Shown: one piece after another, positions 49,882 through 61,920 of the stretch
How the letters are laid out: each line of letters opens with the position of its first letter
Position numbering within the stretch: position 1 is the first letter of the stretch
Origin: Felis catus
Lineage: Eukaryota
Direction: 5' to 3'
Length of the DNA stretch: 64,000 bases
Assembly (NCBI RefSeq): GCF_018350175.1
Contig: NC_058368.1
Span: 208,136,001 to 208,200,000, forward strand
The notes under the pieces: model-generated
Seen by the model: the letters and a program-made list of their open reading frames with translations, nothing else
The model's database searches: none
Told to the model about the DNA's origin: nothing
Position numbers and translations under genes: made by a program

Positions 49882-51879
49882 GTAAGTATTTGAAAAGAAA
49901 ATTGATTTGAAAATAAGGCAGCAACAGTGCTTTGTAATTGGCAGGAATTTACTCTTCTTTTGAATTCCACTTGTTAGACTAATAGTTGCATTTCCCCAGC
50001 AACCATACTGTGGATTCTAGAGCATAGCCAGGATCAGGAAGGAAGGAGTCAGAGTAAATGTCACAGAGTTGACGATCCTTTCCACATGCGGGTACTTTTC
50101 TTGGCATCACTTCGCCTCATTGATTCCTGCATACCTTTCGGAATTCCTCAGGTGTCGCATGCTCTAGGAAGTGGTCTTTGACTATCCCCTCCCAGAGGAG
50201 ATCCGATTCCTTTCTTAACATTCCCTTAGACAGTGTGTTTTTCTCCTTTGTGGCACTTCTCACAGTTGCATTAATAATGTGTTATGTAATAAGGCACTGC
50301 ATTTGTTGCTTCTGCAAGAAATAGGCTCAGTAGGGCAGGGAGTGTGCCTTCTACACCTGGCACCTCGCCCACTGCCTTGCACGTGGCAGGATCTTCTACA
50401 CGTGTGTTGATTGAATGCCTACGACCTATGTTACCCTCGTGACATAGCCCAGACTGATGGAGATGGAGATTTTGCTACACACTGAGACCTTAAAAACCCC
50501 AGTGCTCTTGACTCTTGATGGTGGGAGAAGCAGGTTTCTTTCTCTGACAACTCTGAGGGCGTGGCATCATAATGACATTATGATGAGTCTTATAAGGATG
50601 ACTTACTTTGCAACAAGGAGAAAAATATAATTAACTTGGTGACTTGTTCAATTTTATAGATAAGATGCATGTTTGGAGCGGTCTGTGTCTGAGATAGAAC
50701 AGATTTTGAAAGGATAGTAACAAAGCGTGCTTTCCAGGAACTTAGCATCTGTCTCACTGCCTTTTAAGTTAAAGAGAGAAGAGCCATGTTTGTTACTTTC
50801 TTTCTGTAGCTGTATGTGAGATCCATGTGAGAACATTTTGAACAGATCAGCCATGATCTCAATACCCACAGAGAAATACTGTTAACACTTAAATATATTT
50901 TCTGTGCATATACATATAAACAGTGAGGTTCATATTAGTACTTTGTAACCTGCTTAACAGAAAACAGAGTTTTCGGTTTGATATCTAAATAAATCTGTAT
51001 TACTTGTATAGGCTGCAGAGTATTCCACTGAGTGGAGGTACCGTAATTACTTAAGTGACTGATTATTAACATTGAGATTTTTATTTCTGGTCTTTCAGTG
51101 TAATAACCAATGCTTTAATGAACATGTTTCGCAAATACGTGTTTCTGATTTGTGTGATGATGTCCTTAGGCTAAATTCCTAGAATTGGGAAAGCTGCATT
51201 AAAAACAGTCCCTTGTTAGGACTTTGATGTCCATTGCCAGTTGCTCTCCAAAACTTTTGAGTCTCTTTGCATTTGAGTGTCTTTGCAAACGTCACACTAG
51301 AGGGGACTTGTTCTTCACTTCCTTGCCAGGACTGGGTTTTGTCAATTTCTCTTAGTTCTGCCATTTCAATCTGGTGGCCCCCAGTTAGAGCACTTTGACT
51401 TTGCATTTCTGTGATTACTTTTTTGGGAAAAAATGATCAGTCATTCTCATTCTTTTCTGAACTGTCGGTATCCTCTCTCATTTTTCTCTCGTGTTGAAAC
51501 TCAGCTCTTCCTCCATCAGTTCACAAGAGCTCTCAATATTGTTATTAATTCTGCCATGTTTCCTACAAATAATTGCCCAAATTTAAAATTTAAACTTCAT
51601 GGTTTTCATTTTTATATAAATATACTCTCTTGCTATTTTTCTCTGAGATTTTGGTTTTATTATCATGCTTGATTTAAATCTTTTACACATCTGGAATTAT
51701 TTTGTAGTAAAGTATGAGGAATCTAACTTAATTTCATTCCAGATTTTTAAAAAATTCCCCAGGACTCTGTCAGAGAGCCAGTTTGTGTTGTCTGATTTTT
51801 CAGTAGGTATTGAGAAGATTCTGTCTGGGAGCTGCTTGAAGATGTCAGTATTGGATAGAAAGAAGTAGAAAGGGGTGGG

Positions 51880-52097
51880 GGGGCGCCTGTGTGGCTCAGT
51901 TGGTTGAGCGTCCGACTTCAACTCAGGTCATGATCTCACTGTCCGTGGGTTTGAGCCCCACGTCGGGCTCTGTGCTGACGGCTCAGAGCCCGGAGCCTGC
52001 TTCAGATTCTGTGTCTCCCTCTCTGCCTGACCCTCCCCCACTCATGCTCTGTCTATCTCTGTCTCTCAAAAATGAATAAACATTAAAAAAAAAATTA
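51880..52097 (+). mobile_element. Can-SINE (SINEC_Fc)
   Basis: Full head and tail; imperfect TSD AAAGAA(G/C)TAGAAAGG. Confidence 0.93.
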
Positions 52098-52494
52098 AAG
52101 AACTAGAAAGGCAAATCAAGACAGATTCTGGATGACTTACTAGAATGAATAGTTCATTGCTTTTACATATCATGTAGTTTGTTGATAGCATTTTTAATAA
52201 TACTGGGTCTGATTGTGATTAGAATATTAGATTAATAGTATCCCAATACTAAGCTGCTACTACTATGATAATACTGCTAAGAAAATTGAAAAGCAAACTA
52301 GATGAATATAAGAGAGGGAGGTGGCTGCATCAGCAAATCTTTGAGTACCTGCTGTGTTCGGGAGAAGCTGTGGAATGTTGGTGCAGTTGTGCGTTAGAGG
52401 ATCTGGAGTTTGGGGCATTTGGCTACTTAAAAAAGTATGAGAAATTCAGTTTTCTTCAGATGCTTTCAACAGTATACATACAAAGAAAACTAAC

Positions 52495-52497
<3 letters not shown>

Positions 52498-52540
<43 letters not shown>
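52498..52540. repeat. (TG)21 microsatellite
   Basis: Directly visible. Confidence 0.97.
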
Positions 52541-52542
<2 letters not shown>

Positions 52543-53260
52543 AGTTTTTTTTAATAAGCTTCTAATTGGCCAGGGCTAGCACAAAAATAAGTCTTTGTAA
52601 GACTTTTAGTGTCTTAAGTTTCTTAAAATAACCTGAAAATATGGATCTGTCTGAGGCAGAATAAAATCATGTAGATCCCATAAATGAACTAGGGAAGCCT
52701 CCATCTTCTGATGTCCTGAGGAAGAAGAACACGGAGGTTATAGGTAAAGATGTACTAGCTTTAAAAAATAAACACAAATGGTTACATTTCTTTCCCAGCT
52801 GAAAAGTTCCTGTTTTTTAGAAAGCAAATTAATATTGTCCTCAAGTGTCCGTTTTAGCTGGAAAGAAATGCAGATAATAGATAGTTCATGGGAGCTTAGG
52901 GAAACTTTCCTTTTACTGTGAGGATGTATACTATGAAGTAGTGAGAAAAGTGTGTATTTAATCTTTTCATTTGTATAATTGTGATTATTACCTTCCTTAG
53001 CTTAAAATACTGTATATATATGACTTGTGTTTTGAAGAGTAGCCCACCTCTATTTAGATAACATGTAAATGACGTGTACTTTTCAGGGAGGGAGCATCTT
53101 AATAGACAAATACTGCCTTTGTGTAAATGCTCCCATCTTTAAGTTACTGGATCATGACATCCTGAAACACTTGAAAGAACCATGTTCTTAGAAGCCTCTG
53201 CTCTGGGTGATCACACTGGCACCTTGAATTTCTTGCTCCTTGTTTGCTCCTTCTGTTTTA

Positions 53261-53266
53261 TTGTTG

Positions 53267-53300
<34 letters not shown>

Positions 53301-53356
53301 GTTTTTATTTTAATTCCAGTTAGTTAACATATTAGTTTCAGGTATATGATATAGTG
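53261..53356 (-). mobile_element. Severely 5'-truncated carnivore L1 3' end with (TTA)n-converted tail
   Basis: aattccagttagttaacat...attagtttcaggtatatgatatagtg resembles the reverse complement of the L1 terminus at 61196-61312; flanked by GC(T)CCTTCTGTTTTA repeats. Confidence 0.7.
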
Positions 53357-53370
53357 GCCCTTCTGTTTTA

Positions 53371-53570
53371 TTTTATTTTTTTAAGTTTATTTATTGTATT
53401 TTGAGAGGGGGGAGGGGCAGAGAGAGAGAGGGAGAGAGAGAATCCCAAGTAGGCTGCATGCTGTCAGTGTTGGAGCCCAGTGCCGGGCTTGAACTCATGA
53501 ACCGTGAGATCGTGACCTGAGCTGAAACCAAGAGTCGGACACTTAATCACCTGAGCCACCCAGATGCCCC
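53371..53570 (-). mobile_element. Can-SINE (older subfamily)
   Basis: TSD AGTGGC(T)CCTTCTGTTTTA at 53353-53370 and 53571-53589. Confidence 0.92.
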
Positions 53571-53604
53571 AGTGGCTCCTTCTGTTTTAAAAGCAGTTCC
53601 TACT

Positions 53605-53817
53605 GGGGCGCCTGGGTGGCGCAGTCGGTTAAGCGTCCGACTTCAGCCAGGTCACGATCTCGCGGTCCGGGAGTTTGAGCCCCGCGTCAGGCTCTGGGCT
53701 GATGGCTCAGAGCCTGGAGCCTGTTTCCGATTCTGTGTCTCCCTCTCTCTCTGGCCCTCCCCCGTTCATGCTCTGTCTCTCTCTGTCCCAAAAATAAATA
53801 AACGTTGAAAAAAAAAA
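53605..53817 (+). mobile_element. Young Can-SINE (SINEC_Fc)
   Basis: Perfect TSD TTAAAAGCAGTTCCTACT at 53587-53604 and 53818-53835. Confidence 0.96.
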
Positions 53818-55854
53818 TTAAAAGCAGTTCCTACTTAAAATTTGCCCTGTAAAGCATCCTCCACTGTCCTCATGTAGCTGTGAAACTGTTGACTTTGCTA
53901 CATAGTGGTTAGGTTTTGAATCCACATGTACTATTTCCTGTACAGCCATAAATATTTTACACAGATCCAGTGTAGAGCACTGTGCTCAGCAAATTTCAGC
54001 TAAATTTATTAAGAACTTATTCGTAAATCCCAAGACTAATTTGTATTGATTTGCTCTGCCACTTTTGTTATAGGCTGTATAGTGCAAATATAGGTTATAT
54101 AGTGCTATGTTCTTAGCACATTTGGCTACCCTACCTCTGGAAAGTCCTGCAGTTTGTGCTTGCCGTGACTTATTTCACTGGCCCCTGTGCTTTTTGGGGA
54201 AGTGCTAGGAGAGGTGTGAGCCCCCAAGAACATGTGTCTCTGGGTTTCTTTTAACTTACCTTCACATTGTTATTTGAAGAGAGAACATGCAGGAAAGAAT
54301 CCCAACATTGTCTGCCCTTCATACCAGAAGCCTATGTTTCATAGAACAGAACAGGTTCGTATCTTATGTGTTTTTCATTGAGCCAAACTATTTTAGTAAT
54401 TTACTCATCCCTTGTAGGTAGGGAGACTTGAAGATTTTGAAAAGTAAGAAATTTACCATTTTCTCCCTATGAGATACTATATCCTTGAGCATGTTTGTTT
54501 TTTTTTTTTTTTTTCTTTTGTAAGGCAGCTTCAGAGCCCATTGCCCTCCCAAACTTCTCTCTCAAATATTAACAGTACCCTCACCAGTGTCAGTGGTCTT
54601 TGCTCAGTTTTCCTCAATGAACTGTCTTTATTTGGCCCAGATGACAACCCATTTCTTTTGGTCTCAGCAATGCTGTATCTTCTCTGGTTTCCTTGTGCCT
54701 CTCAGGATTCTTGCTGGGGTTCTCTGGCTCCTTGAGGCTGTGACTGTCTATTGGTAGCTCTCAAACAAGCTTTGGCCATTTTGAGGCTGTGTTCAAGTTC
54801 ATTTCTTCAGCTACACTCAGAGAGTTCCTCTTGAGTCTGTGTCCATGGTGCTGATGGTCCCCGTTCTCCCTTGCTATCTGCAGACCTCTCCACTGGTAGG
54901 CTCTACCTCCCCAGACACTTGGTCATCCAGAGCCTATCCTCCCGTTTCTTCCCAATGTCAGTGATTCCTTTTGCCTGCTTTCTGGGCTAGAAACTTGAAG
55001 AAATCTTAGATGTTTCCCTTTCTCATTATGCTAATCCCTCATTTCTTCAATCTGGTCATTTCTTTGAAGTGCCTATCAGGGTTTTTCCTTTTCCATATCC
55101 CTCATGCACATGATGAGGTATCACGATCCATATCCTTGCTACCTTGGTCAGCCTTTCTCCAGTGGTCTCCCACTTAATCACATTATGTCTCCCAGCCCTC
55201 TGCACTGCATTGCATGCCACAGCTCAACTAGCTTTTCTGAAGGACTTCTTACCCTGCTGAGTACTTCACAAATCTGCATGGTACCCTGTTGGCATCCTCA
55301 CTTAATGCCTTGGTCATTCCTATGGTCTTGCTGCTGTTTACAGATACCCACACCAGTAATAGCTCGTAGCATCCCCGGGTGGGTGACTTCCACCAGCATC
55401 GGGGGTTCTGACACTGGGAGATGAGTGGGAAGGGTGCAGAGGAAACAGATGGAAAGGTCTGCCAAAGCAAGCTTTCCATATTCCGTCATTTTCTTAGGCT
55501 TGACCTACAGTTACCCAAAGGAAGCTCCTTTACTTCTCTCTGATGTTGCCTATTTGTAGATTCCAGACTGATGACACTGCAGTATTATGGGAACCCAGTA
55601 GCTGTTTGTATACAGAAACATACTAAGATTTGATAATAATTTACTCAGATTTGACTGATGAATCATTGGGAGCTGCTTATACGAATAAATACGTATGTTC
55701 TCTTTTGTCAGTAATCACTTTGAGAGTTTGCTTTTAATTCTTGATTCTTTTTTGATCAAGAAGGAATAGAGTTTAAAATAGTTGATTAACGGAATTACAA
55801 TATGAAGAAAACATTACTTATTTTACTAAGTTTGTCTTTTGTTTTTTTCCCAAG

Positions 55855-56018
55855 CCTTAATTCCAGATACTCCAGAGATCTTGAATTTGTCTGCTGATTT
55901 CTCAACTTCTACATTACACCTGAAGTGGAATGACAGGGGTTCTATTTTTCCCCGTCACTTAAATGTCATCTGGGAAGTTAAAATTCTGCGTAAAGAAAAT
56001 ACGGAAATCATAAAATTA
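55855..56018 (+). CDS. LIFR: LIFR exon 5 (164 nt): (S)LIPDTPEILNLSADFSTSTLHLKWNDRGSIFPRHLNVIWEVKILRKENTEIIKL
   Basis: Acceptor gtttttttcccaAG|, donor TTA|GTAAGT; start of an FNIII domain. Confidence 0.96.
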
Positions 56019-56944
56019 GTAAGTTTGAATCAAAATAGATTTTTTTTCTTGTGACATTAAAGAAACCAAATAATTTTTAAAAGATTTTTAAGGTGGTATC
56101 AGTGAACTTTTCTTTACAGTGTTAAGGGAGTAGATCAACTATCCTTTCAGGGTTCATTAAAAACTATATGCTGTGACTCAAAAATCACTTAATTATTAAA
56201 ATGATGTATAACCATTACAGTAAGTTTAGGAAATTAAGGGAGGAATAATGCATGATTCCACCACACAAACACAGTAAACATTTTTCTTTTTCTTTCCAGC
56301 TTTTTTCGTGTGCGTGTTTTTACATAAACAAACGTATCCATATAATTTCTATTTTATTTTTGTCTAATACTATAAACATAAAAATAAATGTTTTGAAACC
56401 TATTTAGTCATAGTAATTGTTGAGAAGTTTTGTATAAGCCTGTAAATTTGAATTTACCTGAACCTGAAATAACATTATTACTTTTAGTAGTACATGTTTT
56501 TTTCTCTATGTTTTAAAATTTTGTTTATGGTTTCCTTATGATCTGCTTTTAGTTTGCTCTTAATTGCAAGGATGATGAGGAATAGCAGTGAACAGTTTTG
56601 ACAGCTGGTACTTGGTAATCCCCCCTTTTGTTCCTTGAACTCTCTTCCTCCTCAATGGATTTGAAATGCGCTTAGTTATAGATTTAAGAATTAGAAGACT
56701 ATCTCATGATTTTACAATTATTTGCCTGAGGGCATAGATAAGACAGACAGTAAAGGTAAAAAAAATAGAATGACTCTGTGCTTTATAGTTACTGTCTTGT
56801 TTTTCCTTTCTGACACTCTGTGTATGACATTCCTAAAATGAGAGCCGCCATAACTGTAGGCAACATGTCTCCAGTGCTTCCGGCAGTGCTGACACCTGTA
56901 AAACCTCTGTAGGTGTCAATTCCTTGCATTCCTGACCCTGCGGT

Positions 56945-57110
56945 AAAAGCTCTGTGTATGTTCTTTGCATCCTCACAGCCAGCCCATGAGGGAGGCACTA
57001 TGAACATCATCCCCATTTTATAGATGAAGATACAGGGACACAGGAAGACATTAAGTAGTGGAGCCAGGACTCAATCACAGGCAGTTTAGTTCCAGTCTGT
57101 GCTCTTTCTT
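56945..57110 (-). mobile_element. MIR
   Basis: atcctcacagcc...catccccattttatagatgaag. Confidence 0.72.
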
Positions 57111-59021
57111 ACCCACCACAATTTCCGCTACAAAGTAGATATATTTATTTTTGTGTAAGGAGCCTTCCCTTTCCTTTTCACCAGTGCAGTCTGAATGTAC
57201 ATTCAAGACCTAAGTCAAATCCTGCCCCTTATTTTAAACCCCATCCTAATTATCTCGGCCTAAAATGCTCTCTCTTTTCTTGAATTTCAATGTCAATTCT
57301 TGTCTGTCAGTCTAATTTGCAAGTAGCTTTGATATAGCTGTACCATTGTTGTCTTATAACTATTGCTTATCTGAAATTGTATCTTGTGGCTTTTTATCAT
57401 GGCCTGACACTTTGTGCTTTGGGTTACCACTTACCGGCTTAGGGTAACTTCCCCAAACCTCCTTTTTGTCACTTGTGAAGTGGTGCCAGTCTTTGCTTTA
57501 GTGAATGATTAGTGTTATCTGTAAAGCTGCTAAACAACTATCACTTGTCCTTACTTCCTTTGGGGGCTCCCTGAGGGCTGCTAGAGTTAGAAGGCTGATC
57601 TTTGCAGCATAAGTGAAATCAAGCATACATGAACAGAGATGCTATTTTTAAGATCATCTAGCTCATTGCCACAAGATACGAAAGAAGATGGCACTGATAA
57701 AGTGGCAATTCCCTACTTTTGGGGATGTGATCTTTGAAGAAGAATCTTTGTATCTAGCAGTAGAGAAAGAGGCAAGAAAAACAGAGATAGAACAAATTAA
57801 TTTTTAAAAAGTGAAATGTAAGAGGGCAGGTGATCCAGATCTGTAGTAAAATGTGACATTTTTGTTTATAATTATATGTTATTAATACCAGCATTTAAAG
57901 CATAATTGCTTATAACCTGTCATTTTGTGACAGGTTATATGCTGTTATTTTGTGATAGTTTAAGAATCAAGAATACTATACGTTAGTGTTTATTTGGAAC
58001 TTTACCGTTTATGCCCATGGCCTCATACGCAGGCAAGGAAGCATGTGCTGCGCAGACCAGGATGCCAGTGACTCCTGGGGGCTACGCGGCACCCTCCCGC
58101 CCCCCCCTCATATTTCTCTCCCTATAAACAATTTTCAATTCTTTTACCTGATTCTTTTATTATGTATTTCCATTTTCCAAATAGCATGCTTATGTTTCTC
58201 TTTCTTCATTTTTCTTTTCAGTTTTGAGCAATGTTTTATTTTAACAGTGGGTAATGAGAATTTAGTCCCCTCGCCTTCCCTGGGCACACACGCTTGCATG
58301 CTTCCGTGCTTGCTGTCTCTTACATTTCCCATCTTTTTCCAATATCGTTCTCTCATTCTGCTCTAATTTTTGGTAGACTGGCATTCATTGTTTGTATTAT
58401 GGTTATATAAACACTATCCACAACTGAACCAGTAGTGTATTATCATTTTCCTTTTTTGGGGGTACAACTTCTTGTCTTGTATTTTTAGTTTTATTTTCAT
58501 GCTGCATGAATTCATTCCTGAATTCTCTCCAAGTTTTATGAATCTCCTGTTGAAATGTCCACGCACACGAGTATCTTACCAGCTATACATTTGTGAATAG
58601 CTCTGAGACCTTCTGACTTACTTCTCAACACTTCTTACAGAGGGTTCACGTAGATAATGTTTGTACAGCAGGAGTGTGGTAAGTAGCTGAGGACTCTCGT
58701 GGCCAGAGGTTTCTCAGGAGCTCCAGCAGCCTCCACTCCTACCAGCAGCCCTTGATTAGAAGAGATTAATACCTAGGTATACACGTAACCCATCCAGGGC
58801 AAACCTCTGTGTTTCTTTTTGGCACATTTGTTATGAAGCTGCGGTCCAAGAGGTCTCCTGTCATCATTCGGGAGATTCCTTTTACCTTTTTCTTACAATG
58901 GATCCTTTTTTTCCTGAATTCTTCCTCTTATTTTCTCATTTTGGTAGAAGCATATATTCTCGTAGTTGTTAGCTATTTATTATAGATACTCTCTGTTACC
59001 TACAATGATAGCTTCCAGAGG

Positions 59022-59082
<61 letters not shown>
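59022..59082. repeat. (TAGA)15 tetranucleotide microsatellite
   Basis: Directly visible. Confidence 0.97.
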
Positions 59083-59083
<1 letters not shown>

Positions 59084-60846
59084 TAGGTAAGATAGATATT
59101 TTCTTAATTAGTTGCTAACAAAATTTAAAAGACTGTCAGTTCCAAATATTGAGGAGAGGTAGAACAAACAGTTGGAACTTTCATACACTTCTGGTGGGAG
59201 TATAAAATGCTACTTGATAAATTCATTAAGACACATTTCTAAAAATGTCTATTTTGCACTCATTCGTGATTACTATTTTAGCTGGGTATACAATTGTAAG
59301 TTGGGGAATTTTCCTCAAGATTTGAAGACATTGTTCCATTTGTTTCTCATTGTGGATCTGTCTTCCTCTGTTGTGCTAGACAGTCATGGGCTCCTTTCAG
59401 TCTCAAACCACATGTCTGTCAATTTGGGAAATTTTCTTATTTTATGTCTTTGATTTCTTCCTCTCTGTTTTCTCTGTTCTTCAGAAATCAGACCTTCTAG
59501 ATTGGGAAGTAATTTTCTTACTGTTCTTACTTTCTACCTGTTTTTTTTCCTCAATTTTCTGAGCAGTTTTTTCTTAAACTTTATCTTACAGTCTGATTAT
59601 TGACTTTCTATTAATATATATATTTTTAATGTACAAGATATTCCTTTTCTCTGTTCTTTTTGTTTGTTTAATGGATGCAATATCTGTTCTTACCTCTGAG
59701 GACATCAGTTACCTAATATTCTTTCTTTCTGTTCTGTTTCTTCAGGTTGCTTTTTTCTTTATTTTGATCTTTGACCCTCAGAACTTTTTCTTCAATTTCT
59801 GGTCATCCTAGTTGCTGCTCATATTTTAAGTGGCTCTTAAAATTTTTTTTTTTATTTTTAAATCTAATAGGAACTTCTGTTTGCCATCCAGGGTCTTGTT
59901 GACTGAGATGTTATTATAGGTGATTAGGATGGGCCATCTAGTTGGCAGAATCTTAATAGTATTATTTTAGGTGTTCATCTTGACCTGTTCCTATGCTCCA
60001 GAAAATTCGTTTTGGTTCCTACCAGGTAAGTAGGAACTCTGCCATCAGCCTCCTAATGGCTGGGGAGAAGGCAGGAGCACACCAGCCTTCACAGTGCATA
60101 GGTTAGCAGTCTTCCTGGTTGTGGTACCATATTCCCCATTCTCCGTTCTTTCTGAGGTTCTTCATTCCAGAGATATTTGGTTTTACTTTCCCAGAGCATG
60201 AATCTCCCATCTGCCAAGATGAAGAGGAGTAGTCTTTTGGTAGCACAGAATGTGGGAGGGGATCTGGGTATCTAACATTATCTTCAGACAACTTTCAAGC
60301 AACTTTCTGTTCTGTGCCTCACCTTCACCTGCATTTCCATAGGAGCCTGGTGCATACAGCCCTTTCCTGAGCCCTTTGGCATTTCCATGATAGAAGTCAG
60401 GTTGTTTCTGCCTTTTCCACTGAAGGCTTCAGGTTCAGCTTTCTCAGGTCTTCTGAGTCCGTTCCCCTTGTCCATCAGCCCTCCACCATCCAGAATTTGA
60501 CTGGTGGTGTTTCTTCTCCTGTGTTTGCCCTTGTGCATCTATACCTTTTTAAAAAATCCATGCACTTTTGTGTTGGAGACATTTCGGAAGGTAATAGAGA
60601 GGGAAATACAATTATTTAAGCTGTTGTCATTGGCTGGAGGTCCCAAGGTCTCTTTTAGTAGATCCTCAATATTTGATTGAAATCCTTCCCATTTTTCACA
60701 ATTGAAATTAATAATTTATATTATTTTATATTACTTATAAGTTGCATATTTAAAAATAAAACTTTAAACATACAACACATAGATACAAATCCAACCTGAA
60801 ACAATTTTTTGTTGAAATGCTGCTCCTCTCTTTGCCTTTAACTCTT

Positions 60847-61033
60847 TTTAAGTTATTTATTTTGAGAGAGAGAGGGGCACAAGCATAAGAGGAGCAGAGA
60901 GAGGGAGATAGAGAATCCCAAGCAGGTTCCATACTGTCAGTGCAAGGAGCCTAATGTGGGGCTTGACCCCACGAACTGTGAAATCATGATCTGTGCCAAA
61001 ATCAAGAATCAGACCGAGCCACCCAGGCACTCC
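60847..61033 (-). mobile_element. Can-SINE (older subfamily)
   Basis: TSD TGCCTTTAACTCTT at 60833-60846 and 61034-61047. Confidence 0.92.
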
Positions 61034-61195
61034 TGCCTTTAACTCTTGGAAGTACAGACCCATTACTTTTTCCTCAGTGAAAAATGGAGATCATTTTAGG
61101 CAATGGTACATTTGTCTGTGAAATGTATTGAATGTTTTGGAAAAAGGAACATCATGTGTAATAACGCAGTGGAGCCTAAAGTTGAAGAAGTAAAC

Positions 61196-61312
61196 AAGTG
61201 CACCCATTGTGATGAGCACCAGGTGTTGTATGGAAGTGTTGAATCACCAAAGTGTACACCTGAAACTGATTTAACACTGTATGGTGACTATACTGGAATG
61301 AAAACAAAAGAA
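61196..61312 (+). mobile_element. Carnivore L1 3' terminal fragment
   Basis: gtgatgagcac...gtatggaagtgttgaatcac...tgtacacctgaaact...aacactgtatg followed by an A-rich tail. Confidence 0.75.
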
Positions 61313-61507
61313 GGAAACATAAATGAATCACGATTATGGATTCTGTGAGTTATTATGCCTTTTCAAAAACTGAGAGGGTTGTACAAAAGGACAAACCTTT
61401 ATTTAACTTAGTGGTGATTGTGTACAGTCTGTTGCGTCTTTTAATCTGAAAATAAAGCAGAACCTATCACTTAGAAATCTCACTTTGTGTTTGTGTTGGT
61501 TTTTTAG

Positions 61508-61682
61508 GTGACCCACAACACAACTGTGAATGGCAAAGATACAGTTCATCACTGGAGTTGGGCCTCAGACATGCCCCTAGAGTGCACCACCCATTCTGTG
61601 GCAATTAGATGCTATGTTGACGATCCTCATTTCTCTGGTCGCAAAGAGTGGAGTGACTGGAGCCCACTGAAGAACATTTCTT
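61508..61682 (+). CDS. LIFR: LIFR exon 6 (175 nt): VTHNTTVNGKDTVHHWSWASDMPLECTTHSVAIRCYVDDPHFSGRKEWSDWSPLKNIS(W)
   Basis: Acceptor ttttttAG|GTG, donor T|GTAAGC; contains the WSXWS motif (WSDWS). Confidence 0.97.
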
Positions 61683-61769
61683 GTAAGCTTATATGTGAAA
61701 AGCTTCCGTTTCAAATGAATTAGATTAATCTTGCTTAAGGTTTAGTTTAAGCTTTAAGTTCTCCGAACG

Positions 61770-61920
61770 CCACTTAGCGTTATGAGGGTCACCTGAGGAT
61801 CTTCCAAGTCTCTCTCCCAGAACATTTTGATTCAGAAACTCTGGGGTAGGAGTCAGGAATCTGTATTTTTAGAGATCTTCCTGAGTCATTGGATAAACGT
61901 CTAGGTTTGAAAGTCACTGT
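61770..61920. mobile_element. hAT-Charlie MITE (MER5-like)
   Basis: tgattcagaaactctgggg...caggaatctgtatttttag signature. Confidence 0.6.

Noticed and set aside
27707..61033. Antisense bias of intronic SINEs (8 antisense versus 4 sense)
   Set aside because: Too few copies to distinguish from chance.
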